Positions 1 to 3,947 of a DNA stretch of 3,947 bases are shown piece by piece. The DNA comes from Naegleria gruberi. Its lineage: Eukaryota. The stretch lies in the NCBI GenBank assembly GCA_000004985.1, contig GG739201.1; one strand, written 5' to 3'. The translations under genes and the position numbers were made by a program. Numbering within the stretch: position 1 is the first letter of the stretch; each line of letters begins with the position of its first letter. The notes beneath the pieces are model-generated. The model did no database searches, was not told where the DNA came from, and saw nothing but the letters and a program-made list of their open reading frames with translations.

Positions 1-2
1 TT

Positions 3-940
3 CCATTTATTATTGGTGATATTAATAATAATAATGGTAGTGGTAGTAATAGTAGTAATAATAATTCTATAATTTTAAATTGTACATTATATTCATGTAT
101 TAGTAAAACTAGAAAACCAGCAGCAGTTCATTTACATTCAGATACAAACAAGTTATTAAAATGTGAAACTAAATTTATATGTCAAGATACAGGTACTGAA
201 TTAATGAGAAATGGTAATAATATTTTACAAAATGAATTATCTTCTTCAACTACTACTACAACTACAACTAATAATAATAATAATACAACTAGTAGTAGTA
301 CCAATGAATTTACAAATTCATCATCATCATCATCCAATGATATGATATATTATTATGAATATGGAGGACATAAATCAGAATTTACACTTGAAGAATTAAC
401 CAATATTAAACAATTAAAAAATGTATCAGGAGTAAAGAATGAACATGTACAACCTGGTATTAAATTAATTGGATTTAAACCTAAAAGTCGATTGAAAATC
501 TATCATAATTATAAGAGTAGTGGATTTTTATATCCAAATGATTCTAAAATTAATGGTAGTTTATTAACATTATCAGCACTTCATAAAAAGATGATTGAAA
601 TGAATAGAATTGCCATTTGTAGATTTATTCAACGTGAAGGTACAATGCCACAATTTATTGCACTTTTACCACAAGAAGAATTAATTGATGAAGAAAGTAA
701 TACACAAATTACACCACCTGGTTTTCAAATTATTTATTTACCCTATGCAGATGGTATTAGAAAATTACAAGAATTTACAAATGAACAAACACCAACTGAT
801 AAACATATTCAATTAGCTAAAAAGATTACAAAGAAATTAACAATAGATTTTAATCCACATGAATTTACAAATCCATCACTTCAACAATTTTATCAATCAT
901 TACAAGCATTAGCTTTAGAACATTCAAATATTGAACAAAT
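3..940 (+). CDS. ku70: Ku70 (XRCC6) orthologue, internal fragment (Ku core/beta-barrel region); 5' end off-window, 3' end lost in N-gap
   Basis: Frame 0 is open from nt 3, upstream of the track's first Met at 204, through nt 938. The translation aligns along its length to human Ku70 as I recall it: VHLHSDTNKLLKCETKFICQDTGTEL vs [36 protein letters not shown] vs PGLMLMGFKP; IALLPQEELIDEESNTQITPPGFQIIYLPYADGIRK vs [58 protein letters not shown] vs [23 protein letters not shown]. No intron is needed across this stretch. Confidence 0.85.
21..66 (+). repeat. Coding (AAT)/(GGT AGT) trinucleotide microsatellite encoding an N/G/S low-complexity tract in Ku70
   Basis: attaataataataatggtagtggtagtaatagtagtaataataat, in frame with Ku70. 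Confidence 0.7.
240..336 (+). repeat. Coding trinucleotide microsatellite block (TCT/ACT/ACA/AAT/AGT/TCA) encoding SSSTTTTTTTNNNNNTTSSS…SSSSSS insert in Ku70
   Basis: (AAT)5 at 271–285 and (TCA)5 at 319–333. The tract falls between conserved Ku70 blocks, in the region corresponding to the human residues LLPSDTKR. Confidence 0.75.
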
Positions 941-2552
941 NNNNNNNNNNNNNNNNNNNNNNNNNNNNNNNNNNNNNNNNNNNNNNNNNNNNNNNNNNNN
1001 NNNNNNNNNNNNNNNNNNNNNNNNNNNNNNNNNNNNNNNNNNNNNNNNNNNNNNNNNNNNNNNNNNNNNNNNNNNNNNNNNNNNNNNNNNNNNNNNNNNN
1101 NNNNNNNNNNNNNNNNNNNNNNNNNNNNNNNNNNNNNNNNNNNNNNNNNNNNNNNNNNNNNNNNNNNNNNNNNNNNNNNNNNNNNNNNNNNNNNNNNNNN
1201 NNNNNNNNNNNNNNNNNNNNNNNNNNNNNNNNNNNNNNNNNNNNNNNNNNNNNNNNNNNNNNNNNNNNNNNNNNNNNNNNNNNNNNNNNNNNNNNNNNNN
1301 NNNNNNNNNNNNNNNNNNNNNNNNNNNNNNNNNNNNNNNNNNNNNNNNNNNNNNNNNNNNNNNNNNNNNNNNNNNNNNNNNNNNNNNNNNNNNNNNNNNN
1401 NNNNNNNNNNNNNNNNNNNNNNNNNNNNNNNNNNNNNNNNNNNNNNNNNNNNNNNNNNNNNNNNNNNNNNNNNNNNNNNNNNNNNNNNNNNNNNNNNNNN
1501 NNNNNNNNNNNNNNNNNNNNNNNNNNNNNNNNNNNNNNNNNNNNNNNNNNNNNNNNNNNNNNNNNNNNNNNNNNNNNNNNNNNNNNNNNNNNNNNNNNNN
1601 NNNNNNNNNNNNNNNNNNNNNNNNNNNNNNNNNNNNNNNNNNNNNNNNNNNNNNNNNNNNNNNNNNNNNNNNNNNNNNNNNNNNNNNNNNNNNNNNNNNN
1701 NNNNNNNNNNNNNNNNNNNNNNNNNNNNNNNNNNNNNNNNNNNNNNNNNNNNNNNNNNNNNNNNNNNNNNNNNNNNNNNNNNNNNNNNNNNNNNNNNNNN
1801 NNNNNNNNNNNNNNNNNNNNNNNNNNNNNNNNNNNNNNNNNNNNNNNNNNNNNNNNNNNNNNNNNNNNNNNNNNNNNNNNNNNNNNNNNNNNNNNNNNNN
1901 NNNNNNNNNNNNNNNNNNNNNNNNNNNNNNNNNNNNNNNNNNNNNNNNNNNNNNNNNNNNNNNNNNNNNNNNNNNNNNNNNNNNNNNNNNNNNNNNNNNN
2001 NNNNNNNNNNNNNNNNNNNNNNNNNNNNNNNNNNNNNNNNNNNNNNNNNNNNNNNNNNNNNNNNNNNNNNNNNNNNNNNNNNNNNNNNNNNNNNNNNNNN
2101 NNNNNNNNNNNNNNNNNNNNNNNNNNNNNNNNNNNNNNNNNNNNNNNNNNNNNNNNNNNNNNNNNNNNNNNNNNNNNNNNNNNNNNNNNNNNNNNNNNNN
2201 NNNNNNNNNNNNNNNNNNNNNNNNNNNNNNNNNNNNNNNNNNNNNNNNNNNNNNNNNNNNNNNNNNNNNNNNNNNNNNNNNNNNNNNNNNNNNNNNNNNN
2301 NNNNNNNNNNNNNNNNNNNNNNNNNNNNNNNNNNNNNNNNNNNNNNNNNNNNNNNNNNNNNNNNNNNNNNNNNNNNNNNNNNNNNNNNNNNNNNNNNNNN
2401 NNNNNNNNNNNNNNNNNNNNNNNNNNNNNNNNNNNNNNNNNNNNNNNNNNNNNNNNNNNNNNNNNNNNNNNNNNNNNNNNNNNNNNNNNNNNNNNNNNNN
2501 NNNNNNNNNNNNNNNNNNNNNNNNNNNNNNNNNNNNNNNNNNNNNNNNNNNN
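941..2552. other. Assembly gap (1612 N); true length and content unknown
   Basis: Uninterrupted run of n characters. Reading frames across it are meaningless. Confidence 0.99.
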
Positions 2553-2808
2553 ATAAAGTTGCATTCTTTACATTTAAAATATTAATATAACTATCTAATT
2601 GAGAATGTAATAAATATAATTTAGAATATTCATATTCAATTGAAGATAAATAATATCTTAATGAACAATCTCCATTATAGTTACACAATACTTTACAATG
2701 TATTACATGCTTATTAGGTAATATTATAATAAACAATGTCAATAGTATACTCATTATAATAATAATATTAATTGGATTAGTTATAGTCTTCTTGTTGAAC
2801 AGCATCAT
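2553..2808 (-). CDS. Hypothetical small membrane/secreted Cys-containing protein, N-terminal 85 aa (continues into gap)
   Basis: Minus-strand ATG ATG at 2808–2803 is the first Met after an in-frame stop (+ strand 2863–2865). The 85 visible codons have no stop. A hydrophobic stretch INIIIIMSILLTLFIIIL (residues ~13–30) looks like a signal anchor or signal peptide, followed by CKVLC…GDC. Composition (~22 % GC) is coding-like for this genome. There is no A-rich start context and no homology I recognise. Confidence 0.35.
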
Positions 2809-2906
2809 TGAGTGTGAATCTATTAAATGTTCTAGTGTGATGTTTTTTTTTGAAATGCATGATTAATGTATAGTTGATTCCCAAGTGCTCATCATTATCA
2901 TTACTA

Positions 2907-2943
2907 CTGCCCTCGCCACACAGTACTGTGATTCAGGGAGCAG
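2907..2943. repeat. Imperfect 37-nt hairpin with a perfect 12-bp palindrome CACAGTACTGTG (2919–2930) at its centre
   Basis: The outer stem pairs CTGC(2907–2910)/GCAG(2940–2943) and CCT(2911–2913)/GGG(2936–2938, with T·G) around a 1-nt bulge (A2939). The internal loop is CGCCA/ATTC. The inner palindrome is CACAGT|ACTGTG. Confidence 0.6.
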
Positions 2944-3059
2944 AGTGATGGTGGTTAAATAAATGTTGAGTGATGGTTTTCAAAGCCTTGGAGCACATGC
3001 GTTCAAACAAGTACAAACGAATGATTTTGGCGGGTTGTTGATAGAGTACAGTAACTATA

Positions 3060-3088
3060 CTTAATTGGCAAAATTAAGCTTAATTGGG
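3060..3088. repeat. Three-armed inverted/direct repeat CTTAATT–GGCAA–AATTAAG–CTTAATT–GGG, including a 14-bp perfect palindrome AATTAAGCTTAATT (3072–3085)
   Basis: CTTAATTGG occurs at 3060–3068 and again at 3079–3087. AATTAAG (3072–3078) is the reverse complement of both copies, so two alternative hairpins are possible. There is a HindIII (AAGCTT) core at 3076–3081. Confidence 0.7.
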
Positions 3089-3436
3089 TTGTTAAAAACA
3101 TCTGAAAAGAGAAATTACATCTTCATTAGAACAGTCACAGCCCTTGATAACCTCAACTGTAACAGAATAGATAGACCCTTCACATGACCACATTAGTGCA
3201 CCCTTAATAATATTCAAAGTAATAGGGCGATCATGTTTGCACCATGATGACTAAATACAAGTGAACATTCAAGAATATAATAATATTTGAAAAAGAAATT
3301 CAACTGCCATGTAAGGAAGACAAGTTTCATCTGTATATCTTTGAATTGATGAATGTAATTACACATGTTCGTTCATGTGGTTGAATGATGTATATTTCAA
3401 TTCTATCAACAATTCCTCCAATAATTTGACAAAAAT

Positions 3437-3947
3437 TAAAAAAAAATGTCATCACTTCCATCTTTACATCAACAACAATTTGATAATGATGGCGATGATG
3501 ATGATACATCAATGGATCAAAATAATGATGATGGTGATGATAATAATAATTCAACAACAACAATAACAACAACCACTACTACTAATAACAATAACAATGC
3601 AACACAAGAATCATCTACATTTTATTCCGATTATTTTTATTTACCATCTTGTAAACCCTATTATTATCAACATGAATATAATAATACTTTAAATAATAAT
3701 ATAAATACTACTTTAAATAATAATACTTTAAATAATGAAGATGATAAAAAATTAAATATAACAGTTCATAAATATTTAAATCAACGTTACTATATGAAAA
3801 ATAATCAATATTATGAACAATTTTATAAAAATAAATATTTAAATGAATTAATAAAATTAACAATGGAATATTCAAACAAGTATAAAATTAAATCATGTCA
3901 TCATCATGATATAAATGCAATGTCAATTAATTCTAATTATTTATTAA
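3437..3947 (+). CDS. Hypothetical low-complexity protein, N-terminal 170 aa (3' end off-window)
   Basis: The ATG at 3437 is preceded by aaaaattaaaaaaaa, the typical dictyostelid initiation context. Frame 2 is open for 170 codons to the window end. I checked every codon and found no stop. The product begins MSSLPSLHQQQFDNDGDDDDTSMDQNNDDGDD, then has a T/N run, then YSDYFYLPSCKPYYYQHEY, then NNTLNNNINTTLNNNTLNN. The ORF track misses it because it has no stop inside the window. Confidence 0.55.
3488..3600 (+). repeat. Coding (GAT)n then (ACA/ACT/AAT)n microsatellites encoding poly-D and poly-T/N tracts
   Basis: gatgatggcgatgatgatgat…gatgatggtgatgataataataat…acaacaacaataacaacaaccactactact. Confidence 0.7.

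Larger units (their letters stand above)
2866..3260. other. Anomalously GC-rich (~37–48 %) non-coding island; candidate ncRNA gene, regulatory module or degenerate mobile-element relic
   Basis: Hand-counted GC per 60 nt is 48 % for 2881–2940, 42 % for 2941–3000, 37 % for 3001–3060, 25 % for 3061–3120, 40 % for 3121–3180 and 38 % for 3181–3240. It drops to ~22 % after 3241. There are stops in all three + frames (longest open stretch ~33 codons) and the minus strand has no ORF either. Confidence 0.4.
2809..3436. promoter_or_regulatory. Divergent intergenic region between the minus-strand ORF start (2808) and the plus-strand ORF start (3437); presumed to hold both promoters
   Basis: It is flanked by two outward-facing start codons. 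It has a T10 run at 2843–2852 (an A10 run upstream of the minus gene), TATATTT at 3391–3397 about 45 bp upstream of the 3437 ATG, and an A-rich leader at 3421–3436. No element was experimentally defined and the TATA assignment is tentative. Confidence 0.45.

Noticed and set aside
204-2585. 793-aa + strand ORF from the supplied track (and the companion 931..2556 + ORF and 865..2808 / 924..2564 − ORFs)
   Set aside because: All are read through 1612 N (poly-X). Frame continuity across an assembly gap of unknown true length is meaningless. Only the real flanking parts are retained: Ku70 at 3–940 and the minus ORF N-terminus at 2553–2808.
2553-2585. Post-gap + strand tail IKLHSLHLKY* as the Ku70 C-terminus
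   Set aside because: The 10 visible codons bear no resemblance to the Ku70 SAP/C-terminal region in any + frame. Frame across the gap is arbitrary.
2879-2886. Dictyostelium upstream sequence element (DUSE, consensus approximately [AT]CCCA[CT]AA as I recall it) marking an ncRNA promoter: TCCCAAGT
   Set aside because: It matches only the first five positions. The [CT]AA tail is missing. No other CCCA-type match lies at ~60 bp from a plausible RNA 5' end. I cannot call it from memory alone, but it is worth a proper PWM scan.
2930-3060. tRNA gene in the GC island (AGTGATGG resembles an A-box; GTTCAAAC at 3001–3008 resembles a T-loop)
   Set aside because: I could not build a cloverleaf on either strand. 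There is no D-stem closure after the AGTGATGG copies, no GGTTCGANTCC B box and no matching acceptor stems. GTTCAAAC is not flanked by a complementary 5-bp T-stem.
3053-3062. 9-mer ACTATACTT matching the 5' end of U3 snoRNA (GACTATACTTTCAGG…)
   Set aside because: The diagnostic continuation GGATCATTTCTATAG (box A) and boxes B/C/D are absent. A 9-mer match in AT-rich DNA is weak.
3136-3165. Class I RNA 11-nt motif (CCUUACAGCAA) from ctcaactgtaacag / its reverse complement ctgttacagttgagg
   Set aside because: It shares only TTACAG. No flanking 5'/3' complementary ends were identified.
3244-3250. Box C/D snoRNA (ATGATGA at 3244–3250 on the + strand; ATGATGAG on the minus strand from + 2888–2894)
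   Set aside because: No CTGA D box at the right distance and no 4–6-bp terminal stem on either strand. The only + strand CTGA (3102–3105) lies upstream of the candidate C box.
3327-3572. 81-aa minus-strand ORF and 63-aa + strand ORF (3375..3566) from the track
   Set aside because: Both are wrong-frame readings of low-complexity (GAT/AAT/ACA) repeat DNA overlapping the much better supported + strand gene starting at 3437, which has a classic A-run start context. Their poly-H/poly-M/poly-I products are repeat artefacts.
1-3947. CRISPR arrays, restriction-modification, toxin-antitoxin or other prokaryotic defence loci
   Set aside because: No repeat-spacer periodicity. The sequence is eukaryotic, with a Ku70 core carrying eukaryote-specific inserts and Dictyostelium-type composition and start context.

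Overview
This window looks like nuclear DNA from a dictyostelid social amoeba (Dictyostelium-like), not a prokaryote. The evidence is the extreme AT-richness, the coding trinucleotide microsatellites giving poly-N/T/S/D/Q tracts, and an AAAAAAAATG start context. It therefore contains no CRISPR, defence-island or operon-type system.

Three coding regions are supportable:
- **Ku70 (3–940, + strand):** the central/core part of a Ku70 (XRCC6) orthologue, the NHEJ DNA-end-binding subunit. It runs off the 5' edge of the window and into an assembly gap. Motifs recalled from human Ku70 align closely: IALLPQEE…ITPPGFQIIYLPYADGIRK (human VALVPQEE…[19 protein letters not shown]) and [17 protein letters not shown] (human [17 protein letters not shown]).
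- **Assembly gap (941–2552):** 1612 N. The 541–793 aa ORFs in the supplied track that run through it are artefacts.
- **Minus-strand ORF (2808→2553):** a convergent start encoding a predicted signal-anchor, Cys-containing small protein. It is 5'-complete and runs into the gap.
- **Plus-strand gene (3437 to window end):** a 5'-complete low-complexity gene (acidic, then T/N-rich, then Tyr-rich) with a classic Dictyostelium A-run start context.

The most unusual thing is in the roughly 630-bp divergent intergenic region. There is a roughly 400-bp island (about 2866–3260) at roughly 37–48 % GC. Dictyostelid intergenic DNA is normally above 85 % AT. The island is non-coding in all frames and packed with palindromes and short direct repeats. 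I could not match it to a tRNA, snoRNA, snRNA or DUSE-driven ncRNA by eye. It is the best candidate in the window for an undescribed ncRNA, regulatory element or mobile-element relic.
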